A stretch of 64,000 nucleotides of DNA. Origin: Euryarchaeota archaeon UBA86. GTDB taxonomy: Archaea; Thermoplasmatota; Poseidoniia; Poseidoniales; Thalassarchaeaceae. Where the stretch lies: NCBI GenBank assembly GCA_002503055.1, contig DAQX01000008.1:81439-145438 (forward strand), read 5' to 3'. Below the pieces are notes generated by a model that was not told the origin of the DNA, ran no database searches, and saw only the letters and a program-made list of their open reading frames with translations. Made by a program: the position numbers and the translations under genes. Positions 20,711 through 31,310 of this stretch are shown one piece after another. The stretch's first letter is position 1. Each line of letters begins with the position of its first letter.

Positions 20711-23254
20711 ATGACCCAGTCAGAGGACTGTGATTCGCACGAACTCGAGGACCTAGGACTCGATTCACGCATTGTCTCAATGCTGCGAGATGAATGGGGT
20801 GTTGAGAGTTTGTTTCCCCCACAGTCGGAGGCACTCCCTCATGCCATTTCAGGCCAGAACCTGATGCTAACCATACCTACTGCAAGTGGTAAATCTCTAG
20901 TGGCCTATCTGGCTCTGATTCATCGCTTGAAGAACGACCTCGAGGGAGGGCGTGGAATCTATGTTGTTCCCCTGAAGGCACTAGCTAGAGAGAAGGCTAC
21001 TGAACTCAAGCAACTAGCCTCCAAAGTTGGACTAAATGTTGGCATCGCAATAGGTGACAGAGATGGTGAGACTGGAATGGTCGATGAGTCAGATATTCTA
21101 GTATGCACCAGTGAAAAGTTGGACTCGCTTCTACGCACAAATTCAGATTTGATGAATGATGTAGGTATTGTCGTCAGCGATGAGTTTCATCTATTGCATG
21201 ATCCGAGTCGTGGACCAACTCTCGAAGTTCTGCTATCTAGAATCAGACACAGAAGGCCGGATGCGCAGATTATTGCCCTATCAGCAACTGTTGGGAATGC
21301 ACCTGAAATGGCAGACTGGTTGGATGCTGAACTCGTGGTTTCTGAATGGCGCCCTGTTACTTTGCGTTATGGCACTGTGAACGGACTGGAAAGTAAAGTG
21401 CACAGAATTGATGGAGGAGATGAAGGAGAGGTTCTCGAAGTGCGACATCTCGAGGGTAAATCCACTCGTCAATTGCAAGCAGTCCTCTCAGATACTATCT
21501 CAAGAGGAGGTCAATTACTTGTTTTCGTCTCTTCGCGGTCGTCTGCCCAGAAGGAAGCTAGAGAGTTGTCCAAGCATTGTAGAAAAATTCTTGCTGATGG
21601 CACTGATGATTTGACTTCCGAGTCTGCAGAAAGATGGGAGGAAATTGCGAATAGTGTATCTCGGTCGGAGGGTTCGAATCTCGGCAATACGCTATCCAAC
21701 GCTCTGCGTGGAGGCGTGGCTTTCCATCATGCAGGCTTAACTGGAAGGCAGAGAGGGGTCATCGAGGATGCTTTCAGAGAAGGCGATTTAGCCTGCATAG
21801 TTGCAACACCTACTCTGGCCCAGGGTGTCAACCTTCCAGCTAGAACGGTAGTAATCAGAGACTACAGGAGATGGAGTGCGGCGGCTGGGATGTCAATGCC
21901 TCTTCCAGTAATGGAAGTCATGCAGATGATGGGTCGTGCTGGTAGACCAAAATACGACAATGTGGGAGAATCGTGGTTGCTTGCTAAAGGAAGGGAAGAA
22001 GAAGACAAGTTAGTCTCTCTATATCTGCACGGTAAGCCAGAAGAAGTTACTTCGAAGTTGGCCAATCCAAATGCAATGAGGGCAGAAGAGGACCCGGCAC
22101 TACTTACTCATGTCCTCTCAATGTTGGCTACAGGAGGAATTTCAGACAGGGATGCGCTAGGTCGTTTCTTCTCCAAGACATTCCTAGCCACTCATCTTGA
22201 CCCTGAAGATCTCGCCGCTCGACTAGACGATGTAATCAGTTGGCTCGCAACTAACGGGATGATTGACCGAACTGGTGAATCTGAGGAGGTGAAACAAAGG
22301 ATGCTCGAGGAGTCTCCCCTTGAACAGGATGAGGAATGGGAGGATGAATTACCATCTTGGGTAGACTCTGCATCCGAAGTATTGGGGATTGACATCCGGG
22401 GGGAGCGTGGAGAATCCCAATTCAAGCCTAGACGTGGTCCGCCAATTTTCGGATTCCGAAAGGCGAGTCTGCACGAGACATACGAACAGGATCCACCTGA
22501 GCCTGCCTCAATGACATATCTGGCTACTGCGTTAGGAGAGAGAGTTTCACAACTGTATCTCAATCCCATTTCGGGCCGGATGTTAAGAGATGGAATGAGT
22601 AGAGCGATGGCAACTCTGACCGGGGAGGATCAGTATCATCAGGTCTCACCTCTGAGTTTGCTTCACCTAGTTTCGTGTACTCCTGATTTCCTACCACTGT
22701 GGCCAAGGAAAGGAGACTATGACGCTATTCAGGCAGCCATCCATGGCCATGAGAGAGAGTTCCTAACTGAGGCTGTGGACCTAGATGAGGAGCGGCGAAT
22801 GAAGGGCGTTTTGGTACTACAGTCCTGGGCAGACGAATACAGAATAGACCAGATTGAGGAAGAATGGGGAGTTCAGCCTGGAGACCTTAGGGGCAGGGTC
22901 GAGATAGCAGAGTGGCTGCTATATGCTACGAGAAGAATACTTGCAGATGATGATGAGTTGGCTAGTATGGGAAGAGATTCGCATAGAACTCTTGTTGAGG
23001 CGGTGGATGAGATGCACCGGAGAATAAGATACGGCTGTAAGACTGATTTGCTTGGCCTAGTGGCTCTGAAGGGAGTCGGTAGAACTAGAGCGAGGCAGAT
23101 GGTGGACTTGCTAGGAGTTTCTAACGCGGCCGATTTAGCCGAACTGACTGAGAGAGATATGGGGAAGCTTTCTGACTTGCGCGGCTGGAGTCCTCGACTA
23201 GTCGAAGGCATTGTCAATACAGCTTCACGCACTGTAAGGCGTCAATCACGATAG
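20711..23254 (+). CDS. hel308: Hel308 (Ski2-like) SF2 DNA helicase
   Basis: PTASGKS, DEFH, LSAT, FHHAGL, TPTLAQGVNLPA and QMMGRAGRP motifs; C-terminal HhH GVGR.RAR. Confidence 0.92.
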   Translation: MTQSEDCDSHELEDLGLDSRIVSMLRDEWGVESLFPPQSEALPHAISGQNLMLTIPTASGKSLVAYLALIHRLKNDLEGGRGIYVVPLKALAREKATELKQLASKVGLNVGIAIGDRDGETGMVDESDILVCTSEKLDSLLRTNSDLMNDVGIVVSDEFHLLHDPSRGPTLEVLLSRIRHRRPDAQIIALSATVGNAPEMADWLDAELVVSEWRPVTLRYGTVNGLESKVHRIDGGDEGEVLEVRHLEGKSTRQLQAVLSDTISRGGQLLVFVSSRSSAQKEARELSKHCRKILADGTDDLTSESAERWEEIANSVSRSEGSNLGNTLSNALRGGVAFHHAGLTGRQRGVIEDAFREGDLACIVATPTLAQGVNLPARTVVIRDYRRWSAAAGMSMPLPVMEVMQMMGRAGRPKYDNVGESWLLAKGREEEDKLVSLYLHGKPEEVTSKLANPNAMRAEEDPALLTHVLSMLATGGISDRDALGRFFSKTFLATHLDPEDLAARLDDVISWLATNGMIDRTGESEEVKQRMLEESPLEQDEEWEDELPSWVDSASEVLGIDIRGERGESQFKPRRGPPIFGFRKASLHETYEQDPPEPASMTYLATALGERVSQLYLNPISGRMLRDGMSRAMATLTGEDQYHQVSPLSLLHLVSCTPDFLPLWPRKGDYDAIQAAIHGHEREFLTEAVDLDEERRMKGVLVLQSWADEYRIDQIEEEWGVQPGDLRGRVEIAEWLLYATRRILADDDELASMGRDSHRTLVEAVDEMHRRIRYGCKTDLLGLVALKGVGRTRARQMVDLLGVSNAADLAELTERDMGKLSDLRGWSPRLVEGIVNTASRTVRRQSR

Positions 23255-23287
23255 ATACAATTCTTCTAGTCGAGGCCATCGGCATCC

Positions 23288-23857
23288 GTGGACGAGTCAT
23301 CTGGTATGCCTTGGTTTCCCGCCTGGGGGATTGAATTCTCTGAGCCGATTGAGAATCCAAGCTCGATTGTCTCAGTATTCAATGAATGGAGACCAAGTGA
23401 CCGTTGGTTGCTTCTATCGTATCATGCCGCCTGCAGCGAGGTAAGGCTCTGGACAGTCTGGTCGGCCCTAAGAAGAAGGGAGGGGTCTGACAGAATGATT
23501 GCCAGAACTCCTGATGCCGAGTTCCTTCGACTAGTATCAGGTACTAGGCAGCTAAGTATTGCATTTCAGCGAGCAGGTTTGAGCGAAGGAGATGCGTCTG
23601 CATGGATAATATTTCTCCCAGAATTTATTCTAGGCGAAGAATTCGGTGAAACTGAAGTTCTCAGATCGACCTATTCAGACAACAATCTAGAAGCGACTAG
23701 ACTGATAGAACATCTTGGAGCGAAACTCCTTCCCAAGAGACCCATTCCTACTGAAGAGGGATTAATTCGGCTCGGGGCTTTGGATAATGAGGAGAGTATC
23801 GAGCCTCATTCTAGGGAGAATGTATTCCTAACTCATTCAGCATTGGCGGACATGTGA
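23288..23857 (+). CDS. cgi121: KEOPS subunit Cgi121-like protein
   Basis: E.LRLVSGTRQLSIA motif; directly downstream of hel308, a common archaeal neighbourhood. Confidence 0.65.
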   Translation: MDESSGMPWFPAWGIEFSEPIENPSSIVSVFNEWRPSDRWLLLSYHAACSEVRLWTVWSALRRREGSDRMIARTPDAEFLRLVSGTRQLSIAFQRAGLSEGDASAWIIFLPEFILGEEFGETEVLRSTYSDNNLEATRLIEHLGAKLLPKRPIPTEEGLIRLGALDNEESIEPHSRENVFLTHSALADM

Positions 23858-23909
23858 GTCATCGGGAGTCAACCTCATAGGCGGGTTACTCGAGCGCGTA
23901 CCGAGAATC

Positions 23910-24161
23910 ATGGCGAAGTTTCACGGCTTCAGGCATTGTGTTACCTGCAAGGTCAACTGTACCCCCGGAAACTTCGTCGATTTTGAGAATAAGAGATACT
24001 GCACGGCCTGCTGGATAGAAAGCAATAATCCTAATCATCCGGAATTGGAAGATACGAGAAGAAAGGTGAGCGAGGCCGTAGAAGAATGGAAGTGTGCCAA
24101 GTGGACTCGTGAAGAGGGGCCTCTTCCAAACGGCCCGAAGTCTTCCCGTCAGAGGTTGTAG
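23910..24161 (+). CDS. small putative zinc-binding protein
   Basis: CVTC...CTAC pairs; fills the gap between cgi121 and the M3 peptidase; stop lies 1 nt before the inferred M3 start. Confidence 0.6.
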   Translation: MAKFHGFRHCVTCKVNCTPGNFVDFENKRYCTACWIESNNPNHPELEDTRRKVSEAVEEWKCAKWTREEGPLPNGPKSSRQRL

Positions 24162-24162
24162 A

Positions 24163-25866
24163 TTGAATTCGTTCATTGATGGCGACTTTGACGCCACAAA
24201 ATGGGAGAATATAGAGCCTTATGCAAATAATCTGCTTGAACGAAAATTGACCTGCTCGGGTTGTCTAGAGTCTCTGATTAAGGATACCTCAACCCTTGCT
24301 GAACATATATCAGAGGCGGGAGCTCTGCTGTACATCGGTATGACATGCGACACAGAGAGTGAGGAAAAGCGTAATTCATTCCTAGACTTCTCTAGTAATG
24401 TAAGGCCAAAACTCTCTGAATTCTCCGACTCTCTGAATAGAAGGATTGTTGGTCATCCTGCAGTAGGAGATCTTCCGGAAAGATACTCTCTGATGCTAAG
24501 AGGAATGAGAACTGATATCGAAATCTTCCGTAAAGAGAACATACCTCTGAAAGTGAGACAGACAGAGCTTGTAACCGAAGCTCAGGGCATTACAGGCAGT
24601 ATGACGGTTGAATTCGATGGAGAGGAACGAACATTTCCTCAAATGAGTGCATACCTGGAATCGAACGAGAGATCGGTACGTCAAACAGCATGGACTGCAA
24701 TGTCAGACCGGAGAATGCAGGACCATGAGAGAATGTCTGAGATATTCGACGAATTGATTTCACTTAGACATCAGATGGCCCTAAATGCTGGATTCGAAAG
24801 TTTCACTCATTTTATGTTCAAAGCGATGCATCGCTTTGACTACTCTATCGAAGATTGTTTGGAGTTTCATAGCTCTGTAGAATCAGTCTGTATGCCCATA
24901 CTTAGAGAGATAAACAAAGAGAGAGCGGGGGCTTTGGGGTTGACCGAACTAAGTCCCTGGGATGTTAATGAAAAGACTGGGTCTGGGCCCGATATTCATG
25001 GAAGAGAGCCACTTAGGCCGTTTCAAACCGTGAATGAGATGGTGGAGAAACTCTCAGAGATGTTTCACGAAATCTCAGATGACCTAGGCATTAAATTCGA
25101 CAAATTAGTCGAAATGGATACTCTCGATCTAGACACTCGGAAGGGCAAGGCACCCGGTGGCTATCAGTACTATCTCGAGAAGAGTAGGGTTCCATTCATC
25201 TTCATGAACGCTGCAGGACTTCAAGGGGACTTGGAGACAATGATTCATGAGGCTGGCCATGCATTCCATTCTCTTTATTGTGGACATCTAGACCTGATAG
25301 ATGAGAGGAATTATCCTATCGAATTCGCAGAAGTTGCATCGATGTCGATGGAATTACTTACACAGCCATGGTGGAACAAATTCTACAACGAAGAAGAAGC
25401 GAGTAGAGCGAAGAGAACACACTTGGAAGGTGTCGTATTCCTACTTCCTTGGATAGCAACAATAGACTCATTCCAACATTGGATTTACGAAAATCCTAGC
25501 CATACTAGGGAAGAGCGTGCAGAAGCTTGGTTATCCATTAGAGAGAGGTTTGGTCCACAAATGGATTGGAGTAGTCATTCAGAATTCAAGGAAGTTTCAT
25601 GGCAGCAGCAAGGGCATCTGTATGGAGTTCCATTCTACTACATCGAATACGGAATCGCGCAGTTGGGATCATTACAACTGTGGAAGACTCAGTTGGGCAA
25701 TCCACAGAAGGCACTAGAAGACTACGCCAACGCGATGAAACTGGGCAACACTCGAACTTTGCCAGAATTATTCTCCGCAGCGGACCTTAAGCTAGGATTC
25801 GATGAAAGGCATTTCCTCACACTAATGGAATCTGTAGAGTTGTCTCTAGAAGAGTTGCCCGTCTAG
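24163..25866 (+). CDS. M3 family oligoendopeptidase F
   Basis: RKGKAPGGY, HEAGHAFH, EFAEVAS and PFYYIEY motifs; TTG start after GAGGT. Confidence 0.92.
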   Translation: MNSFIDGDFDATKWENIEPYANNLLERKLTCSGCLESLIKDTSTLAEHISEAGALLYIGMTCDTESEEKRNSFLDFSSNVRPKLSEFSDSLNRRIVGHPAVGDLPERYSLMLRGMRTDIEIFRKENIPLKVRQTELVTEAQGITGSMTVEFDGEERTFPQMSAYLESNERSVRQTAWTAMSDRRMQDHERMSEIFDELISLRHQMALNAGFESFTHFMFKAMHRFDYSIEDCLEFHSSVESVCMPILREINKERAGALGLTELSPWDVNEKTGSGPDIHGREPLRPFQTVNEMVEKLSEMFHEISDDLGIKFDKLVEMDTLDLDTRKGKAPGGYQYYLEKSRVPFIFMNAAGLQGDLETMIHEAGHAFHSLYCGHLDLIDERNYPIEFAEVASMSMELLTQPWWNKFYNEEEASRAKRTHLEGVVFLLPWIATIDSFQHWIYENPSHTREERAEAWLSIRERFGPQMDWSSHSEFKEVSWQQQGHLYGVPFYYIEYGIAQLGSLQLWKTQLGNPQKALEDYANAMKLGNTRTLPELFSAADLKLGFDERHFLTLMESVELSLEELPV

Positions 25867-25892
25867 TATTCGGACCCGAGGAGTCTACGAGA

Positions 25893-26894
25893 CTAATCTC
25901 GTAGACCCTCGGTTGTCACGGTAAAGACCGCTTCGCCATCAGGCAAGTTGGGGCTGTCGATTAGGCGAGCTATTCTACGGCCCCCCTTCGACTTCCTCAG
26001 GTACAAGCGGAATGTGCTGGCGTGCGCCACTATGTGGCCGCCAATCGCCTTAGTGGGATCTCCCCACATGGCATCTGGCTTGGACATGACTTGATTCGTG
26101 ACCAAGACCAATGCATTGTTTACATCGGAGAGTTGTTTCAACTCCTTCATGTGCTTGTTCAATTTCTGCTGGCGTGCTGCAAGCATGCCTCTGCCGATAT
26201 ATTCGGCACGGAAGTGACTAGTTAGAGAGTCGACAATGATGAGTTTTACATCGATGTTCTTGGACATCCTCTTAATCTCGTCCACCAGAAGAATTTGGTG
26301 GGCTGAGTTGTATGCTCTCGCTACATGAATCCTGTCTAGGGCATCTTGAGGATCTATCCCAACTGCCTCGGCCATCTGGGCAATTCTCTCCGGCCTAAAT
26401 GTATCTTCAGTGTCAATGTAGAATATTTCTCCGTCAAAGCCTCCCTTGTCGAAAGGTAGGATTGAGTTCACAGCGAGTTGATGACCAATCTGCGTCTTAC
26501 CGCTACCGAATTCACCGAATACTTCGACTATGGCCTGAGTCTCAAATCCTCCTCCAAGGAGTTCATCGAGGGAAGATGAGCCGGATGTGAGCTTTTGGAC
26601 TAGTTTGCGGCGATCGAGTAGCGCAGAACCGCTAATGAAACCGCCGATGTTTGCCATCTTCTTCGCGCCTGCGATAATCTTAGCAGAAACAGCCTCACCG
26701 AGTTCGGCCTGCTCGGCAAGTTCTGATGGGCTCATTACTGCTATAGCAAGCAGTTCTTCGAAGCCTGCTTCCCGTAGTTTCTCCGCAGTTGCTGGTCCGA
26801 CTCCGGGTAGATCTTCAACCGTCAGTTCGGGTTCATCAACATCAATCACAATCTCTTCTTCTTCGACTTTCTCACTAGCTGTCTTCTCGCTCAT
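25893..26894 (-). CDS. radA: DNA repair and recombination protein RadA
   Basis: HhH N-domain, GFIS polymerisation motif, [21 protein letters not shown] and DSPNLP motifs; no intein. Confidence 0.97.
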   Translation of the reverse strand: MSEKTASEKVEEEEIVIDVDEPELTVEDLPGVGPATAEKLREAGFEELLAIAVMSPSELAEQAELGEAVSAKIIAGAKKMANIGGFISGSALLDRRKLVQKLTSGSSSLDELLGGGFETQAIVEVFGEFGSGKTQIGHQLAVNSILPFDKGGFDGEIFYIDTEDTFRPERIAQMAEAVGIDPQDALDRIHVARAYNSAHQILLVDEIKRMSKNIDVKLIIVDSLTSHFRAEYIGRGMLAARQQKLNKHMKELKQLSDVNNALVLVTNQVMSKPDAMWGDPTKAIGGHIVAHASTFRLYLRKSKGGRRIARLIDSPNLPDGEAVFTVTTEGLRD

Positions 26895-27018
26895 CTCGTT
26901 CACCTATTGCTCCTACCTCATCTTCGAAGGTATATGAACAAACGAATGGCCCTATTCGAATGTTGAAAGTGCTTGAGATGTATTGTTATCCGCAGTACAA
27001 CGATTTTCACTTTCAGTT

Positions 27019-27096
27019 TGGTAGCGGGTGGTGGATTTGAACCACCGGTCTCCGGGTTATGAGCCCGACGAGATAACCTGGCTACTCCAACCCGCT
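27019..27096 (-). tRNA. initiator tRNA-Met(CAT)
   Basis: Reverse complement AGCGGGTTGG...CGGG-CTCATAA-CCCG...ACCCGCTACCA; A1-U72 pair and three G-C pairs in the anticodon stem. Confidence 0.95.
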
Positions 27097-27207
27097 GTGC
27101 GTCGGCGTCAACGGTGGAATATATGAACAGCACCTTAGCAGCCTAGCAGGATGCCGAGCAAGAACAGTCATGGGACTTCTCGTTCCGTCGTTAATCCGGG
27201 CGAAGGC

Positions 27208-28560
27208 GTGGACGGCAATCTGTTGATTCGAAACTCGACGATGATTGTAGGCGGTAGTATCGTCGAAGGAGACCTCAGAGTGATTGGTGGCAAGATTTCC
27301 TCTATAGCCCCCGGAGGAGGTCTGGACGCTCGCGAAGGAGAGATAGTAATCGATGGCGAGGGTCTGCATCTACTTCCTGGTGCCATCGACCCTCATGTCC
27401 ACTTTAGAGAGCCTGGTCAGCCTGAGAAAGAAGATTTGGAGAGCGGTAGCAGAGCTGCTGCTGCTGGAGGCGTCACGTCATTCCTAGATATGCCGAACAA
27501 CATTCCTAACGCTACAAATCGCACCACACTGGAGACAAAAATTGCTCTTGCTGGCCAGAAGGCGGTGACTCATCACGGTTTCTTCGTTGGAGCAACTAGA
27601 GACAATGTGAGCGATTTGCAAAGTGTAGAAGGAATGGATGGAGTCTGTGGAATCAAGATATTCATGGGAAGTAGTACTGGTGATTTGCTAGTCCATGAAC
27701 AGAAACATCTCGAAGAAATCTTCGCCAATACCGGGGGCATAATTGCAACTCATGCTGAGGATGAAGAGCGGCTTCAGCAACGTATAGCAGAGTTCGGTCA
27801 TCGTACCGATATCACTTCTCATGCAGAGTGTAGAGATGTGGAATGTGCTTTCCTAGCAACCAAACGAGCAGCAGCACTCGCGAAGGACCACGCCCACCGA
27901 CTTCACATCGTGCATCTTACTAGTGCGATAGAAGCGGACTGGTTACACAATAACAAGGGCGATCTCATCACAACTGAGGCGTGTATTCAGCACCTTACAT
28001 TTGACCAAGATGATGTCGAGGCACTAGGTGTGCGAGTACTGATGAATCCTCCAATTCGCTATACTGAGGATAAGGATACATTGTGGAAGCGTCTCAAGGA
28101 CGGAACAATCGATTGTGTTGTTACTGACCATGCTCCACATACCTTAGAGTCCAAGTCTGTGGGATACCCAAAAGCACCAGCAGGAATGCCTGGTGTGGAA
28201 ACATCGTTGCCGCTAATGCTGACTCACGCGATGAATGGTAAATGCAGTGTGAATGATGTTGTTCGCTGGATGTGTGAAGGTCCTGCCAGAGTCTATGGGA
28301 TGAAAAATAAAGGCTCACTAATCGAAGGTTACGACGGTGACTTGACTCTCGTAGACTTGCAGACTCGTCGAACCATCACTGATTCAGATACTTGGACTAG
28401 AGTAGGTTGGACGCCATATGATGGAATGGAACTCACTGGCTGGCCGATGTACACCATTGTGGACGGAAAAATCGTCCACAAGAGGGAGGTCGATGGTGCA
28501 CTCCGCGGAGTGCCCGTAGCCACCCCTGGTTCTACAGGTAGAGCATTGCAGTTTGACTGA
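27208..28560 (+). CDS. pyrC: dihydroorotase (multifunctional-complex type)
   Basis: DPHVHFREPG, DMPN, KIFMGSSTG, HAED, NPPIR and TDHAPH motifs. Confidence 0.88.
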   Translation: MDGNLLIRNSTMIVGGSIVEGDLRVIGGKISSIAPGGGLDAREGEIVIDGEGLHLLPGAIDPHVHFREPGQPEKEDLESGSRAAAAGGVTSFLDMPNNIPNATNRTTLETKIALAGQKAVTHHGFFVGATRDNVSDLQSVEGMDGVCGIKIFMGSSTGDLLVHEQKHLEEIFANTGGIIATHAEDEERLQQRIAEFGHRTDITSHAECRDVECAFLATKRAAALAKDHAHRLHIVHLTSAIEADWLHNNKGDLITTEACIQHLTFDQDDVEALGVRVLMNPPIRYTEDKDTLWKRLKDGTIDCVVTDHAPHTLESKSVGYPKAPAGMPGVETSLPLMLTHAMNGKCSVNDVVRWMCEGPARVYGMKNKGSLIEGYDGDLTLVDLQTRRTITDSDTWTRVGWTPYDGMELTGWPMYTIVDGKIVHKREVDGALRGVPVATPGSTGRALQFD

Positions 28561-30999
28561 TTAGCCTTCTACAGTTGCCGACTCGCCGTCTGAGTCATCT
28601 GAACCTTCAGACTCGATTTCTTCCTCAGTCTCGTAGTAGTAGACCTCGGTTTCATCGTAACCTGGCAACTCCAGCTCAACCATGGAAGTGAGGTCATCAG
28701 TCCTGTGAACAGAGGCTCCGGCGGCGGAGAAGGCATAGATGTAGTCGCCCATGAAAATCGATCTGCGTATGCTGGTCGAGCCGCTCCACCAATCAGACAG
28801 TCCGTCATCGTTGTAGAACTCAGAATGGTTTACCATTCCATGAGTAGATAGTGTTCCATTCTCTGCATCGACATTAATCAGTTCAAGTGTTGAAACAAAC
28901 TCGTAACCCGAGTATGTGTAGGTCCTGTCCTCGAACTCAATCTGTTCGTAGATGTACCTGTATGTCGACAGTGGCACTGCGAGTAGTTGCTCTGGAGCCC
29001 AATAGGTGAATGCCTTGTGTTCGTATGTGGCCTCAGAGTAGGACCACGACCATCCGCATCCCCATTCGTCACAATGGTCATCTTCGTAGGCAGGCGACAA
29101 CTGGAGTGAGTCCGCTAGTGTGGGGTTTGTTGGATCACTGACATCGAAAAGTGATACCTGAGTCATGGACCAGTCTAGTCCGAGTCCATCTGGCCCTGGG
29201 CCGATTCCAATTGTCAGAAGAGTGTCTGAATCAACTGGATGGATATATGTAGAGACTCCCGGAACCTCCAGCTCTCCTAAGATTACTGGGTTGGTTGGGT
29301 TAGTTAGGTCGATTACCCACAGAGGGTCGATAATCTCGAATGTAACTAAGTAAGCCCTGTCGCCAACGAAACGAGCGCTCCAGATACGCTCATCTGGCGC
29401 GATGTTTCCTACATGTCCAATCTGAACCATTTCAGAAGATTCGTCATCACAGCCCTCTGGAATCATGCACTCCGCAACTGCGAGAGTGAACACATTGTTG
29501 GTCGGTCCAGTCCATTCCTCTGTTCCTTCTAGCCACCAGCGACCCCAAGCGTCTTCAGTTGTTGCTACACGGATTATTCCGTTGTACTCTGAGATGGAAA
29601 ACTGATCCTGAACTGTACCATCAACTCGCCCTGAGGCTACATATGTCGTCTCTGAAGGATTGCTAATATCGAAGACATGGATATTGGTTGCATCGTCCCA
29701 GCCGAAGTTCCTCCAGAACCACCACCAGTCATTGGCTGGCTCTGCGAGTACCATCACATCCTGTGAAGCATATACATGCGCCCACGAGGAAGTGATGTGG
29801 TCCAGTTGCATCTCAGACTCATCTCCGAGTAATCCGATTGTCATGATTGTGCTAAAGCCGCGACCTGCGCTGTCGGAGCTGGCAGAGAACTCGCCACAGT
29901 CTTCCGAAGTCGTAGGATGTTGGAAGAGTCCATCTTCGCCCACCTCATACAGATGGGGTGCGAAGTCATCCAGAGTCAAATCGTCGATAATCGCCTGATT
30001 TGCTGCGATGGTCTCCTCCATGCTCTGGTTCCAAATTTCCATCTTCTGCTCATCGGTATCTGCCTCCCAGTAATTCTCTGGAAGATAGACCCAAGTCCTG
30101 AGTCCATCGATATGCGTCCAAAGGTGAGTGACTGAGCGCATTGTCCCATCGACTAGTCTTGCAGTGTGGTAGTTGCCCTCAATGTACAATTCACGCTCGA
30201 CCTCGGGTGCACTCCTGTCTGTTATGTCCACTACAGTATACTTGACCAAGTTCTGAACACGGGTGTAGGTGTAGGAATACTCCTCCTCGCCGGGGTAACT
30301 GACTGTGACCTCTTCGGACATGAGTTCCCTAAGTGGATCATCGTGAGGTAGACTCCAGTAGTAGATGGATGATGCAATGACCAGTCTGTCGCCCTCAAGC
30401 ATCATCTGCATAGGATAACCCTGAATGCTAAGGTTGGACTCAAGAGTGAGTTCACCAAACTCTGGCACGCCCATGATTACCAGAAGGTTTCCATTCAGCA
30501 TGTAGATGTGGTAACCGTCAGTCTTCAGAAAGTCAGCCTCATCTACGCCTTCTTCCTGGTTGTTAGTTCCTGAGAACTCGCCCTCACGATCAGAGTCGCT
30601 ATCGGCAGATCCACCGGCATTGGAGCCAGAGTCATCTACTGCAGACTCGGGTGCTCCGTCCATCATTGCTACGCCTTCCTCCAACCATACTCCGCCACCA
30701 CGCCAGACAGGGCCAGCCCAATGCCAGTATGACTGCTGGTCTAGTGAGACTAACATTTCATTGTAGATTGACTCCTGTAGATCTCCTAGAAGTAGGTCGC
30801 ATTGGTCGTAAGTCTCGAGTACAGGCGTAGACCTCTCTCGCTCAGGCAGGTCGAGGTGAGGATATTCACTATCGAGCCAATCGAGGACTGAGTCAATGAC
30901 CTCATCCTCGACATCGACTATGTCTTCTACCGCGCCCAGACACCCTGAGCTAAGCATCATCATTATTGCCACAATTGCAGTCTTTGGGCCTGCGTTCAT
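28561..30999 (-). CDS. secreted beta-propeller domain lipoprotein (Beta_propel family)
   Basis: Lipobox LSSGC; FSGTNNQEEGVDEADFLKTDG, QFSISEY, RF.GDRAY.VTF..IDPL and GELEVPG.STYIHP motifs. Confidence 0.85.
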   Translation of the reverse strand: MNAGPKTAIVAIMMMLSSGCLGAVEDIVDVEDEVIDSVLDWLDSEYPHLDLPERERSTPVLETYDQCDLLLGDLQESIYNEMLVSLDQQSYWHWAGPVWRGGGVWLEEGVAMMDGAPESAVDDSGSNAGGSADSDSDREGEFSGTNNQEEGVDEADFLKTDGYHIYMLNGNLLVIMGVPEFGELTLESNLSIQGYPMQMMLEGDRLVIASSIYYWSLPHDDPLRELMSEEVTVSYPGEEEYSYTYTRVQNLVKYTVVDITDRSAPEVERELYIEGNYHTARLVDGTMRSVTHLWTHIDGLRTWVYLPENYWEADTDEQKMEIWNQSMEETIAANQAIIDDLTLDDFAPHLYEVGEDGLFQHPTTSEDCGEFSASSDSAGRGFSTIMTIGLLGDESEMQLDHITSSWAHVYASQDVMVLAEPANDWWWFWRNFGWDDATNIHVFDISNPSETTYVASGRVDGTVQDQFSISEYNGIIRVATTEDAWGRWWLEGTEEWTGPTNNVFTLAVAECMIPEGCDDESSEMVQIGHVGNIAPDERIWSARFVGDRAYLVTFEIIDPLWVIDLTNPTNPVILGELEVPGVSTYIHPVDSDTLLTIGIGPGPDGLGLDWSMTQVSLFDVSDPTNPTLADSLQLSPAYEDDHCDEWGCGWSWSYSEATYEHKAFTYWAPEQLLAVPLSTYRYIYEQIEFEDRTYTYSGYEFVSTLELINVDAENGTLSTHGMVNHSEFYNDDGLSDWWSGSTSIRRSIFMGDYIYAFSAAGASVHRTDDLTSMVELELPGYDETEVYYYETEEEIESEGSDDSDGESATVEG

Positions 31000-31052
31000 G
31001 TTGACTGCCAACGGCCTAATAGATATCAAGCGGTTGGTTCAGTGATTTGACA

Positions 31053-31250
31053 CTAAGACTGTTCAATTAGCAAAGGAATCGGCCTATTGAGAGGTCCCGG
31101 GGCTGGAATCGGATCTTCAGAATCCTCCCCCTCTAGGGTCAGGGCACTCGTCGTTGTAACGTCTCCTTCTTCGTCGAAACCGGAGACGAGGGCTTGCGTA
31201 CCGCTCATGAAAATCAGGGCGGCGATGTGTAGGTCCAAGTTTCGGTCCAT
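31053..31250 (-). CDS. small hypothetical protein or gene remnant
   Basis: 65-aa acidic ORF with an AGGGGT RBS-like site; no recognisable domain. Confidence 0.3.
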   Translation of the reverse strand: MDRNLDLHIAALIFMSGTQALVSGFDEEGDVTTTSALTLEGEDSEDPIPAPGPLNRPIPLLIEQS

Positions 31251-31310
31251 GGAACCCCTATCATCGTCATCTGGATGATAAGTGACTTGGGTTCTTGAGT
31301 CATTCTTGCA

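Noticed and set aside
25893-26894. Intein in RadA or Hel308
   Set aside because: RadA is normal length; the Hel308 insertion lacks C/S...HN splice residues
26918-27369. ORFs overlapping tRNA-iMet
   Set aside because: Spurious translations of the tRNA and of the pyrC antisense strand
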